DNA of 37,657 nucleotides from a virus (Duplodnaviria; Heunggongvirae; Uroviricota; Caudoviricetes): IMG/VR virus record IMGVR_UViG_2516143071_000007; one strand, 5' to 3'. Shown piece by piece: positions 27,488 to 37,657 of this stretch (position 1 is its first letter; each line of letters starts with the position of its first letter). The notes under the pieces were generated by a model. It saw only the letters and a program-made list of their open reading frames with translations, ran no database searches and was not told where the DNA came from. The position numbers and the translations under genes were made by a program.

Positions 27488-27976
27488 TCAGAGCAGCCCC
27501 TTAACTGAGCTGGCCGCGCTATTAAGGGATGATGTCACCTTATCTTTGAAGCCGGACAACATATCGCTGAACGATGAGGATTGCAGGCGCTCCCGCAAAT
27601 CCTCATCACAGCGTTCAAGAGTCAGTGAAAATTCTATCTTTTTCGCCTTACCGTAGCGATCAAACTCGGAACGGGTCGTATTCGTTTCAGTCAGTACATA
27701 CATGCCGTAAATCTGCCCGACACCATCAATCAGAGGCCAGGGCCGTCCTGTATATGCCTGCGTGGTCAGCAATGAAAGCGACACTTCGCCACCTGTAATT
27801 TCAGGATAAAGCACGCCGGAAAGCACAATGCGATCATCACCTGCACCGATATACTGCCAGCTTGCTGAACGGTTAACGCGTTCATTTTTCACATGCCGCC
27901 AGCTTTTGTTTTGCTGTAACTGCTGATGCGGCAATGTGCGCAGCTCAAAAACAAACATGCCGTAGATCATCATCAT
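27488..27976 (-). CDS. U: Tail protein, P2 gpU family
   Basis: MMIYGMFVFELRTLP...WRH resembles recalled P2 gpU N-terminus; exact start among four clustered ATGs (27982-27971) uncertain. Confidence 0.8.
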   Translation of the reverse strand: MMMIYGMFVFELRTLPHQQLQQNKSWRHVKNERVNRSASWQYIGAGDDRIVLSGVLYPEITGGEVSLSLLTTQAYTGRPWPLIDGVGQIYGMYVLTETNTTRSEFDRYGKAKKIEFSLTLERCDEDLRERLQSSSFSDMLSGFKDKVTSSLNSAASSVKGLL

Positions 27977-27988
27977 GACCATGACTCC

Positions 27989-30796
27989 TCAATCTTTATC
28001 GTAAAAACTGCCACGTCCGGCACGGGCGCGCCGTTCCATCTCTGCCCTGACCATTTCACCGACCAGTTTCGCCAGTTCGCGGGGATTCTGCGTAACAACG
28101 TTATGCAGATGAACATGAATTTCACCGCAAAATCCGGAGACAGCAGGCTCCCGGTTACGGGAAGTTGCAGGAACTGATGCCACTGGCGATCGTATGGCCT
28201 CCGCCACCGGGCGGGAGCTGGCCGCAACAACAGGGACCAGCGCCGGAGGCAGCGGAGCCGAGACCACGGGTGTGATATTAATTGCGGGGGCAGGCTTACT
28301 GACCTGCGCAATCTTCCGCTCCTGCCACTCCCCACGAACAGCAAGTGCGCGGGGCAGGTTCTTAAAGACAATATCGCCGGGGCCAATGCGTTTTTTCGTC
28401 TCATCAACCAGCTTACCTGTGTTATCAGCAATTTTGCTGAGTCTGCGTAGCGTCCCGGTATTGCTGTCTGTGAGCGGTTTGTTGTCTTTGGGTTTATCAC
28501 CTCCGGTGCCATTGCCATTTTCCACAGGCTTCGGCGGATTGATTTTCGCCAGGTCCCCCTGAAGCAAGGCAACCTTGTCCTGAAGAATGGCCGCACGCTG
28601 TGCGTCTTCGATTTTCTTGCGCGCCCTTTCCGCTTCATCCGGAAGGACACCAAGTTTTTCAAGTATCCACGCCAGCGTATCCAGTAGCATTTTTGCAGGT
28701 GTCAGAACAAGTTGTAACGCACCGCCAAGAACGTTACCGAATACCTCGCCAGCACTGGTGCATTTATCCAGCGTTTCCTTGCTGGACTCCATCGGTGACA
28801 ACAGCGATTTAAACCAGTTAAACACCAGGCTGATCCCGCTTCCGATTGCGTCAAAAACAGGGCCAAACCGTTCAAAGGTTTCACGCAACGGGGTCAGCCT
28901 TTCCATAATCCCGCTGAACACCCCGGCAAAAAATGCCCTGATGGGATCCCAGTATTTCCAGATAAGAACGGCAGCTCCGGCAAGCGCAGCCACGATAAGA
29001 CCAACCGGACTGAACAGCGCCCCGATAGCGCCACCCAGCAAAGAAACAGAACCCGTCACCATTCCCCACAGCGCAGGCAACACCCTGATGACATTCATTG
29101 ACCGGGTAAGAATGTCGAAACCAAGACGCAAGGTGGCCAGCTTCCCGTAAAGCACCCCAATAACCAGCGACAACGAGCCAATCGTTGCAGTCATTGCCAG
29201 CAACGCACCGCCTGCTATCAGTAGCTGGCGCGTCAGTACCGGATGGGCCTGCGCCAGCGAGGTGATTTTTTCAAGCACCCGCGTGAGCCACTGCGTGACA
29301 GAACGCAGCGGACCGTCAACCAGATCACTGATGCGAATACGAAGACCTTCCCATGCGCTGTCGAGATTTTTCAGGTCTCCATCAAGGTTATCGGCCATTA
29401 CTTTTGCAACGCGATCGGCCTCTCCCCTTGCCCCCTGCAATTCTCTGGTCAGTTTTTGCAGTTCTCCTGAACCAGCCGCCGCAACAAGCGTCTGCAAACC
29501 AACGAACGCCTCTTCTCCGGCGATGTCCTTGAAGAAGGAGACCTGGTCCACCTGCCCGTATTTTTGTGTCGCCTTATAGAGATCAAGCAGCACATCCTCC
29601 ATCGGGCGCATTTTGCCTCTGGCGTCAGCAACTGACACCCCCAGCTCTTTCAGTGCATCAGCCGCAGCTTTTGGCGGTGATGCAAGGCGGGACAGACTTG
29701 CGCGCATGGCCGTACCAGCATCGCTTCCGCGAAGACCATTATTGGCAAGCATCCCGGCCATGGCCGCCGCTTCTTCAAGACTGATACCAAGTTTTGCGGC
29801 AACCGGACCGGTATACTTCATGGTTTCGCCCAGCGCGCGTAAATCAGTATTGGTCCGGGTGAATGCTGCTGTCAGCGTATCGCCAACCCGGTCCATTTGA
29901 TCGGCTGTCAGGTTGAACTGTGTGAGGATATTGGAGCCTATATCAGCCGTCTCGCCGAGTTCGACGCCACCTGCCAGCGCCATATTAAGAACACCGGGCA
30001 ATGCGGCCTGAATGGCCTGCGGAGTAAAACCAGCCATTGCCAGAAAGCTCTGCCCACTGGCGGCATCACTCGCAGTAAACTGTGTTTCAGAACCAAGTTT
30101 TAACGCCTGCTCACGCAGCGCCTTAAACTGCGGGCTGTTTTTGTCGATTCGCGTCAGTGCCTGAACGCGGGACATCTCTTTGCCGAACCCGATCGCAGGC
30201 TGCAAAAAACGCCCGGCAGCATAGCCGCCAGCCGCTGCAGCACCAATTGCCAGCGCACCACCTGTTTTCAGTTTTCCCGCGGTTTCCTGCGCGCGCGAAT
30301 ACCGCTCACGCGCCCGCGTTACACGCGCAAGCGCCTGCCGTTCGCGTTCAAGCTGGTTGTTGTACTGTTCGGTGCGTCTGATGGCCTGCTGGATGGTGTT
30401 ATCGCTGCCTGTCAGGGAAATGCCGTGGCGTTTCAGCTCTCCGCCAAGTTCCCGCATTTTCTGAATTTCCCGTGTGCGCGATTCATTCAGGCGTTCAAGC
30501 CGGGTGCTTAACTGCTGCATCAGCTTTTGTTGTTTTTCGCTGAGCACTGTACCCGTGCGTTGTAACTGATTAAGGGCGTTAAGCTGGCGTCGTGCTTTCA
30601 CGATACCCGCATCCGCTTTCCTGACAGCGTCGCGGGCGCGCTCAAATGAACGCGCCTGACGCTCGAGATTTTTGATCGCCCCCTGCGTTCGCTGGATGGA
30701 GTCACCAAACTGCCCCATCAGGCGGCGGGCGTTTTCGGCAGGCCGGGTCAGCCTGTCAACGGCGCTGAAAGCGACCCGGATATCAAGAGTCTTCAT
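27989..30796 (-). CDS. T: Tail tape measure protein, P2 gpT family
   Basis: Long helical Ala/Gln/Arg-rich protein with central Gly-rich TM-like segments; start MKTLDIRV overlaps the E' stop; GGGAGTG upstream. Confidence 0.85.
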   Translation of the reverse strand: MKTLDIRVAFSAVDRLTRPAENARRLMGQFGDSIQRTQGAIKNLERQARSFERARDAVRKADAGIVKARRQLNALNQLQRTGTVLSEKQQKLMQQLSTRLERLNESRTREIQKMRELGGELKRHGISLTGSDNTIQQAIRRTEQYNNQLERERQALARVTRARERYSRAQETAGKLKTGGALAIGAAAAGGYAAGRFLQPAIGFGKEMSRVQALTRIDKNSPQFKALREQALKLGSETQFTASDAASGQSFLAMAGFTPQAIQAALPGVLNMALAGGVELGETADIGSNILTQFNLTADQMDRVGDTLTAAFTRTNTDLRALGETMKYTGPVAAKLGISLEEAAAMAGMLANNGLRGSDAGTAMRASLSRLASPPKAAADALKELGVSVADARGKMRPMEDVLLDLYKATQKYGQVDQVSFFKDIAGEEAFVGLQTLVAAAGSGELQKLTRELQGARGEADRVAKVMADNLDGDLKNLDSAWEGLRIRISDLVDGPLRSVTQWLTRVLEKITSLAQAHPVLTRQLLIAGGALLAMTATIGSLSLVIGVLYGKLATLRLGFDILTRSMNVIRVLPALWGMVTGSVSLLGGAIGALFSPVGLIVAALAGAAVLIWKYWDPIRAFFAGVFSGIMERLTPLRETFERFGPVFDAIGSGISLVFNWFKSLLSPMESSKETLDKCTSAGEVFGNVLGGALQLVLTPAKMLLDTLAWILEKLGVLPDEAERARKKIEDAQRAAILQDKVALLQGDLAKINPPKPVENGNGTGGDKPKDNKPLTDSNTGTLRRLSKIADNTGKLVDETKKRIGPGDIVFKNLPRALAVRGEWQERKIAQVSKPAPAINITPVVSAPLPPALVPVVAASSRPVAEAIRSPVASVPATSRNREPAVSGFCGEIHVHLHNVVTQNPRELAKLVGEMVRAEMERRARAGRGSFYDKD

Positions 30797-31019
30797 TGTC
30801 TGCACTCCCGCTGCGAAGTGCCGCCCGCTCACGCCAGCTAACCACTTCGCCGGGCGTCATCATGAAGATTTCGGCGGGCGACCAGTTAAAAATAACGGCA
30901 ATATCTGCCACAAAGTCTTCTATGTGCTCAAAGCACACAACCGTGATCAGGCTTCCGTCGCCTGTTCGTTCTTCCCGCCAGAGTCCGCACCGCTCAAAAA
31001 ATTTACGGCAACCGCACAT
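30783..31019 (-). CDS. E' extension, -1 frame, expressed as E+E' fusion by programmed frameshift
   Basis: -1 frame ORF opens at the slippery site inside E and ends overlapping the T start. Confidence 0.7.
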   Translation of the reverse strand: MCGCRKFFERCGLWREERTGDGSLITVVCFEHIEDFVADIAVIFNWSPAEIFMMTPGEVVSWRERAALRSGSADNEDS

Positions 31020-31312
31020 AACTGAATAAAGTCACGGGATGCCATTTTTTTGATCGTCACTTCATCCAGTCGCGGTGATGTCACGCGTGACAGCAGCGTA
31101 AACATGGATTCCGCTTTCAGATTCAGCACATCAGACAGCGACAAATCTCGCAGAGATCCAGCCTGCTCAATAGCTCCGGTGATCTCCACATACGTGATTT
31201 TTTCGCCGCCTCGCTCAATTGGTTGGGTAAGTTTTACGCCACGCTCACTGGTTTCTTTCACAGTGTCAGCAACGACCGTGTTTTCGGTATCGATGTTTTT
31301 CGTCTCTTTCAT
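30947..31312 (-). CDS. E: Tail assembly chaperone, P2 gpE family
   Basis: Position between FII and T; AAAGGAG Shine-Dalgarno; contains T TTT TTG slippery heptamer near its 3' end. Confidence 0.8.
   Translation of the reverse strand: MKETKNIDTENTVVADTVKETSERGVKLTQPIERGGEKITYVEITGAIEQAGSLRDLSLSDVLNLKAESMFTLLSRVTSPRLDEVTIKKMASRDFIQLCAVAVNFLSGADSGGKNEQATEA
30995..31001 (-). other. Slippery heptamer TTTTTTG for -1 programmed frameshift (E to E')
   Basis: Plus-strand CAAAAAA at 30995-31001; in E frame reads AAT TTT TTG. Confidence 0.7.
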
Positions 31313-31366
31313 CAGGAAACTCCTTTCAGTCAGAGGCGACGCACTGCGCCGCCTGCATATTACTTA

Positions 31367-31879
31367 TCAGCCAAGCCCAAGCGCGGAACGGATGCGATCG
31401 GGCACAATGTCCTTGCCGTCCTTCCGGTAAATGAAGTTCAGCAGGTCAATCTCCCACAACGGGCGATCGTTAACACTCAGCTTGTAGTAGGTGTTTTTAA
31501 TGGCGTAAGTGTGTGATGTGGCTTCGCCCTGTTTGGCTTCCCCCATATCAATTTCCGTCACACGTCCGCGCATCTCGATTTCATACAGATCGCTTTCTGC
31601 ATCGGTGTAGTATTCACCCGCAAAACGCAGCAGCGTGCCGTCAATCGTGCCGCCATATTTAAGGAACAGCGCACGAACAGCTCCCCCCATAACAAAACTC
31701 GCATCAAGCGCGGAGTCGTCCAGACCGAGATCAATACTTACCGCCCCCATCATGCCACCACCACGATAGCTGTCGGTTTTGCGCGTCAGTTTAGGCAGGG
31801 TAACGGACGTCACCTTACCCACTTCGTTTTCACCATCCACAAACAGCGTAAAAAAGCGAAGATGTTTTGGTACAGCCAT
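31367..31879 (-). CDS. FII: Tail tube protein, P2 gpFII family
   Basis: 170 aa, start overlaps FI stop (TGATG), synteny. Confidence 0.85.
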   Translation of the reverse strand: MAVPKHLRFFTLFVDGENEVGKVTSVTLPKLTRKTDSYRGGGMMGAVSIDLGLDDSALDASFVMGGAVRALFLKYGGTIDGTLLRFAGEYYTDAESDLYEIEMRGRVTEIDMGEAKQGEATSHTYAIKNTYYKLSVNDRPLWEIDLLNFIYRKDGKDIVPDRIRSALGLG

Positions 31880-33063
31880 CAGACACCTCCCAGCACCGCA
31901 AATGCGGGACCAAAGAATTCATCAGTAAACGACTGGTAAAGCTCCATGTCTTCCAGCGGGGGAACAGGCGTATATTTGTAGCGAATACGCACGCGCCCCT
32001 GACGTAAATTCGTGGTGCCGTTATCCACCACGTCATACCAGCACGACGCCCCAATCAGTTTCCCGGCAGTAACCAGTGAATCCAGTTTTGCCCTGATGGC
32101 ACTGATAACATCTTTCACGTTCGCAGGCGTCAGTGGACTGTCGATGGTTTCAAACTGCGCTTCCGCAATTGAATCAGCCAGCACCTGTGCGGTTCGGGTA
32201 TACACCTCAAAGATGTAGGCGTTCGTTTCCGGTGTGCGGTTGCCCCAGAAGCGGAACCCGTTGCGACGAATAATGGTCGTGATTTCTTTGTTGTTGAGGC
32301 TATTGGCATCGCTGTCTTCGGCCTGCAACGACCAGAACACATGCCTGGACATCCCCAGCACATTTTTAACCGGAACGTTGGACAGTGATTTGTGCCATCC
32401 CTGCTCATGGTCAATGTACGCACGAAGGCCGCACGCATAGGCAGGCGCGGGGAACGTTTCGTTTTTGCCACTTTTCGGGTTGTAGGCGATGAAGTCCGGC
32501 CATAAGAGCATCACCTCACGTTCGTTGAATTTCTGGCGGTAGGTAATCGCCTCAGCCATCGTGTTACAGCCGTGACATGAGGCATACACAAACGCGCGCA
32601 GTTTACCCGCAATCACGCACAGGGATTTTGTCACCGCCTCCGTGTCCAGCTCCGGCGCGGCCAGAATACGCGGACGGTATCCGATGCTTTCATCCTGCTC
32701 TGCAACAAGCAGCGCATACATCCCCGTATAGCTGCCGTCAGATTCAGAACCACCGATAACCAGTTGATCCTGCGTCTTTCCGTCTTCTTCTTTGTGTTCA
32801 GCCACGCGAACGACGATCACCTTTGTGCTCACCTGGTCTGCGATGGCCTTAAGCGCACGATAAAGCGTCCCCGTTGTTCCGCATTTTCCCAGCACGTCAT
32901 TAACGCGGGTCAGCAGTGTGGGCTTGTTCAGCGGGAACAGCTTCGCGTCCGCATCATCCGCCGTTGCCACGATACCGATAACGCTGGAATCAACATCGTT
33001 AATCGCTGTTACCAGGTCGGTATTTTCCGTAACACGGGCACCATGAAAACGAGTTTCACTCAT
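31879..33063 (-). CDS. FI: Tail sheath protein, P2 gpFI family
   Basis: 394 aa, first gene of the minus-strand tail block, AAGGGG upstream. Confidence 0.85.
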   Translation of the reverse strand: MSETRFHGARVTENTDLVTAINDVDSSVIGIVATADDADAKLFPLNKPTLLTRVNDVLGKCGTTGTLYRALKAIADQVSTKVIVVRVAEHKEEDGKTQDQLVIGGSESDGSYTGMYALLVAEQDESIGYRPRILAAPELDTEAVTKSLCVIAGKLRAFVYASCHGCNTMAEAITYRQKFNEREVMLLWPDFIAYNPKSGKNETFPAPAYACGLRAYIDHEQGWHKSLSNVPVKNVLGMSRHVFWSLQAEDSDANSLNNKEITTIIRRNGFRFWGNRTPETNAYIFEVYTRTAQVLADSIAEAQFETIDSPLTPANVKDVISAIRAKLDSLVTAGKLIGASCWYDVVDNGTTNLRQGRVRIRYKYTPVPPLEDMELYQSFTDEFFGPAFAVLGGV

Positions 33064-33220
33064 AGCTTCAGCCCCTTGTATCCGTTAAATGATTCGGCAA
33101 CAATCATCACCCACCACGCGCGTAATCTCACCCCTGCGCCGTTCTCCCACCACGGCGACAACAAAAAGCAGTAACCCCCTCCGCACGCACATGCGACCAT
33201 GCCGCACAGGGAGGGAACAG

Positions 33221-34330
33221 ATGACCGACACCACCATGCAATTGCTCAGTCAGGGCACAGACCCCGTGAAAATGCCGGATTTTGATATTCTCGCGGAGGG
33301 TAAAACGCTGTCAGGCGTGGCAGAGCGCCTGATGAGCCTGTCACTGACCGACAACCGGGGATTTGAGGCGGACCAGCTCACCATCACGCTGGATGATGCT
33401 GATGGTCAGTTGCAGCTACCGCCACGGGGCGCGCGCCTGACGGTTCTCATTGGCTGGAAAGGAGAACCGCTGACAGAAAAAGGCACTTACATTGTTGATG
33501 AAATCGCTCACGAAGGACCGCCGGACAGGCTGACTGTTTCAGCCAGAAGCGCAGATTTTCGGGATGAATTTAACGTTAAACGTGAGGTGTCCTGGCATGA
33601 TGTGACCGTTGAGCGCGTGGTATCCGCCATCGCTCATCGGTATGGTCTGAAACCGCAAATCAGCGAAATGCTGATGGATATCGAAATCGACCACGCCGAC
33701 CAGACCGAAGAAAGCGATATGTCCTTCCTTACGCGCATGGCGGAAATGCTGGGCGCAATCACCACGGTAAAAAGCGGCAATCTGTTATTCATCATGCCAG
33801 GTGGTGGCGTGAACGCACAGGGCCAGCCGTTGCCATCGTTCGCCATCACACGCAGCAGCGGCGATCGCCATCAGTTCCGCATTGCTGACCGCGAGGCGTA
33901 TACGGGGGTACGCGCTTACTGGCTTGATCTTAATTACGGGAAAAAGAAAAAAGTCAGCGTGAAACGCCGCAAACCGCCAAAACCCAAAAAGGAGAAAAGC
34001 AGCAGCCGTGAAGGTGATTATATGGAAGGCGCGGAAGGCAATGTGTTTGTGTTACGCAAGACTTATCAGAACGAGCAGGCAGCAAGACGCGCAGCGGCGG
34101 CAAAGTGGCAGCAGCTACAACGCGGAGCCGCATCATTTTCCATCACGCTGGCGCGTGGACGTGCAGAACTCTACCCCGAAATGCATGGCACGGTAACAGG
34201 ATTTAAAAGCGAGATTGATAATCAGGACTGGATTATTGCAAAAGCCGAGCACACCATTGATAACAGCGGCTTTACCACGCAGCTTGAGCTTGAGGCAAAA
34301 ATCCCGGAATGGATAGCAGAAACAGCGTGA
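33221..34330 (+). CDS. D: Tail protein D, P2 gpD family
   Basis: GGAGGG Shine-Dalgarno before ATG 33221; about 369 aa with Lys-rich linker; last late gene before ogr. Confidence 0.8.
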   Translation: MTDTTMQLLSQGTDPVKMPDFDILAEGKTLSGVAERLMSLSLTDNRGFEADQLTITLDDADGQLQLPPRGARLTVLIGWKGEPLTEKGTYIVDEIAHEGPPDRLTVSARSADFRDEFNVKREVSWHDVTVERVVSAIAHRYGLKPQISEMLMDIEIDHADQTEESDMSFLTRMAEMLGAITTVKSGNLLFIMPGGGVNAQGQPLPSFAITRSSGDRHQFRIADREAYTGVRAYWLDLNYGKKKKVSVKRRKPPKPKKEKSSSREGDYMEGAEGNVFVLRKTYQNEQAARRAAAAKWQQLQRGAASFSITLARGRAELYPEMHGTVTGFKSEIDNQDWIIAKAEHTIDNSGFTTQLELEAKIPEWIAETA

Positions 34331-34382
34331 ATGTCTTAAATGTATTAGTTCAGATATGTACTAGCAATAAACATAGTTAGAA

Positions 34383-34398
34383 AGGCCGCTAACGCGGC
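34383..34398. terminator. GC hairpin between convergent D and the DUF3800-like gene
   Basis: GGCCGC-TAAC-GCGGCC, same stem as the hairpin at 69-83; weak flanking T/A runs. Confidence 0.4.
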
Positions 34399-34421
34399 CA
34401 TATTAATTAAAACTCCAGTTA

Positions 34422-35591
34422 CTAATATTGAGAAAGATAATCAGCGACTCCATCTGCAGGGTTTCGCCCACCAGTATAAATTGTGCCTAATTCTTGAGGT
34501 GTAACATATGTTGTAGGCCAAATGGCCATATTTTTAAAATAGTTATCTATTTTTATTCTTTGAAGTTCTTTAAAGAGATAATCTTCTAAGTCATTTCTTT
34601 TTAGACAGTTAACATAATAAGCAGCCGCACTTGCTACTATATCTACAATTTGTAATTGAGGATACTCTTGTGATGAATGGAATGTCAAAGAACGAGCTTT
34701 AATTGGCAATTCAAATTTTCTTCGATCATAACCATATGCCTCCGTAATTTTTGATATATCCATAAATTTATCAAAAATATCTTTCTTCTCTGTAATAGCT
34801 TTGGAATCGTCATGCTTAATATAAAAACCATTAGGGTATAATTTACCCCATTCTACACAGTGTCTAAAGAGGCTTGGTATAGATGGATCTAATGTGCTTT
34901 TCTCAACACCTTCCAATATATCATCAATATCGCTTCTGGTAATACTAATTCTGTTTATTATATCTGTGAATATCTTATCACTTGAGCATATCTTTAACTC
35001 ATCAATTACCCTGTAAAATTCATCAATTGACTCAGTCGATTGGCTTCTGATCATATTCATAAAACACTGATACATTACCTCTGTTTTTTCCTCCCCACAG
35101 AAAGCAGGGAAACAGAAATAGTAAACATTAGACAGAGCTAGATTCTGTCCATTTATATAAAGATCTATTCCTCTATTAGAGCACCACGTCTCGATCAAAA
35201 TATCAACAATCTTTGCTGTTAGCATGTATTTTTTATCGACCAAGTATATTTTAACATTCTCTTCATTGACATATTTGCTTTCAAGAAGCCTAATGATGCC
35301 ATCCTGACCAGATTTTCTACGTCTAAGAGTTTTAAAGTGGGCTTCTGTTGGAGACTTGCTTCCGGTTAGTTCTAATGCCTTAAGCGCATCCTGTTTACTA
35401 ATACTACTTGAACTTAAGGTAAAAACAGGTTGCAATGGATCGAGTAAATTTCCGCCAGTATTACCTGATTCATCAAAAAATATATCAGGCTTTATATACA
35501 ACATTTTATTTATCTTTGCCGCTAAGTTTCTTTTTTTCTCATTTTCTCGCTTAATTTTATTATCTCGCCTACGTTGACTATTCTTTCCCAT
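34422..35591 (-). CDS. DUF3800-like protein, 389 aa, AT-rich cargo
   Basis: N-terminal IFFDESGNTG resembles the DESG hallmark of DUF3800 as I recall it; GTGAGGT upstream; AT-rich and codon-atypical. Confidence 0.55.
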   Translation of the reverse strand: MGKNSQRRRDNKIKRENEKKRNLAAKINKMLYIKPDIFFDESGNTGGNLLDPLQPVFTLSSSSISKQDALKALELTGSKSPTEAHFKTLRRRKSGQDGIIRLLESKYVNEENVKIYLVDKKYMLTAKIVDILIETWCSNRGIDLYINGQNLALSNVYYFCFPAFCGEEKTEVMYQCFMNMIRSQSTESIDEFYRVIDELKICSSDKIFTDIINRISITRSDIDDILEGVEKSTLDPSIPSLFRHCVEWGKLYPNGFYIKHDDSKAITEKKDIFDKFMDISKITEAYGYDRRKFELPIKARSLTFHSSQEYPQLQIVDIVASAAAYYVNCLKRNDLEDYLFKELQRIKIDNYFKNMAIWPTTYVTPQELGTIYTGGRNPADGVADYLSQY

Positions 35592-35780
35592 AAATACCTC
35601 ACAATCTGAATTAGATATCCCAATTTAACGCATTAATAACATAATGTTATGATATCACACAATCAAAATAACGTGCTGATTTTAATGTATCAGGTTTGAC
35701 TAGCTATTCTTTGATAAGCGAATAATAAGAATGTCAGCCCCTCAACTCAAAGCGGTTTAGTCAGTTGGAATCGGAGCTAG

Positions 35781-37018
<1,238 letters not shown>

Positions 37019-37065
37019 CTAGTAGAACTTAAAATAACAGAAGCACCACGTTAAGGGAGGTCTCT

Positions 37066-37326
37066 ATGTTCCGTTGTCCGCTTTGTGGCGCATCTGCCCG
37101 TATCCGCACAAGTCGTCCGGAAAATGATTCAAACACCGTGCGGCAAAAGTATTACCAGTGTAACAACCTGGAATGCGGCGTATGCTTCTCAACACTGGAA
37201 GCCTTCCATAAATTCACATCAAAACACGCCTCCGCCGTTCACTCTTCAGAAGGTATCCCGTGGCATGAGCTGCCAGCTTCACACAGGGGAAACAATCAGA
37301 TGAGTTTGCCTTTACCTCAGAACTAA
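37066..37326 (+). CDS. ogr: Late gene activator, Ogr/Delta zinc-finger family
   Basis: MFRCPLCG..ARIRTSR....YYQCNNLEC four-Cys pattern as in P2 Ogr; AGGGAGG Shine-Dalgarno; C-terminal tail longer than P2 Ogr. Confidence 0.85.
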   Translation: MFRCPLCGASARIRTSRPENDSNTVRQKYYQCNNLECGVCFSTLEAFHKFTSKHASAVHSSEGIPWHELPASHRGNNQMSLPLPQN

Positions 37327-37386
37327 CAGGCAGAATTGCCGGATTAACAAAAAAGCGATAGATTACGCGCGGGTGCCTTTCGGCTG

Positions 37387-37650
37387 ATGGTCGGAGGGAA
37401 TACCCGAAGGCCAGATGTGGAAAGGCCCCGGAAAACATCTCTGTTTAACCGAGGCCCTAACCGCATTACCTTGACAAGTGAAAGGTTAGCGCCTCTCCGG
37501 AAAAGGAGCAAGTGCTATGTCGCAAAAATCGCTTACGGCCATCACGTTCTGCGTGACGGCAATCCTCATCATCTGGATGCTGCACGGTTCACTGTGCGAA
37601 ATACGGATGAGCTTCTGGGGAGCGGAGTTTGCGGCGTTCTTACAGTGTAA
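37387..37650 (+). CDS. Possible mok-like overlapping leader frame for the hok-like gene
   Basis: 87-aa ORF in a different frame covering the hok-like ORF, as in hok/mok loci; no independent support. Confidence 0.25.
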   Translation: MVGGNTRRPDVERPRKTSLFNRGPNRITLTSERLAPLRKRSKCYVAKIAYGHHVLRDGNPHHLDAARFTVRNTDELLGSGVCGVLTV

Positions 37651-37657
37651 GCAGTAA
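37517..37657 (+). CDS. Hok/Gef-family type I toxin, 46 aa
   Basis: N-terminal TM helix then SLCEIR....EFAAFL..K matching the Hok family pattern; AGGAG Shine-Dalgarno; stop at the last 3 nt of the window. Confidence 0.65.
   Translation: MSQKSLTAITFCVTAILIIWMLHGSLCEIRMSFWGAEFAAFLQCKQ

Noticed and set aside
27973-28662. 229-aa minus-strand ORF and several plus-strand ORFs within the tape-measure gene
   Set aside because: Alternative or antisense frames of the long tape-measure gene; Arg/Ser-rich; no independent support

Overview
The window is almost entirely one P2-like (Peduovirus-type) temperate phage of an enterobacterial host, in prophage gene order from int to ogr. Recognisable backbone: integrase, C-type repressor and divergent cox-position gene with a dyad operator, a run of small early ORFs, rolling-circle replication protein A, a cos-containing intergenic region, portal Q and terminase P (minus strand), O-N-M-L head genes, X, holin, endolysin and Rz/Rz1, R-S-V-W-J-I-H-G tail/baseplate/fibre genes, the FI-FII-E/E'-T-U tail block, D and ogr. 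All backbone genes look intact and most are translationally coupled. Cargo sits at six places: (1) an AT-rich 138-aa ORF coupled to the 3' end of int; (2) a parM/parR-like actin-type partition module plus two unknown genes between A and cos/Q, where P2 carries old/tin; (3) a NanS-p-like sialate O-acetylesterase fused into the lysis cassette; (4) an AT-rich hexapeptide-repeat O-acetyltransferase at the G/F junction; (5) an AT-rich DUF3800-like gene plus a decayed IS5-family element with CTAG target duplications between D and ogr; (6) a hok/mok-like type I toxin after ogr at the window edge. The FI-U tail block is on the opposite strand to H-G and D, unlike P2. The pairing of a plasmid-type segregation module with a hok-like toxin on a P2-like backbone is the most unusual system-level feature. 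All calls come from reading the sequence and ORF track and from recalled family features; no searches were run.
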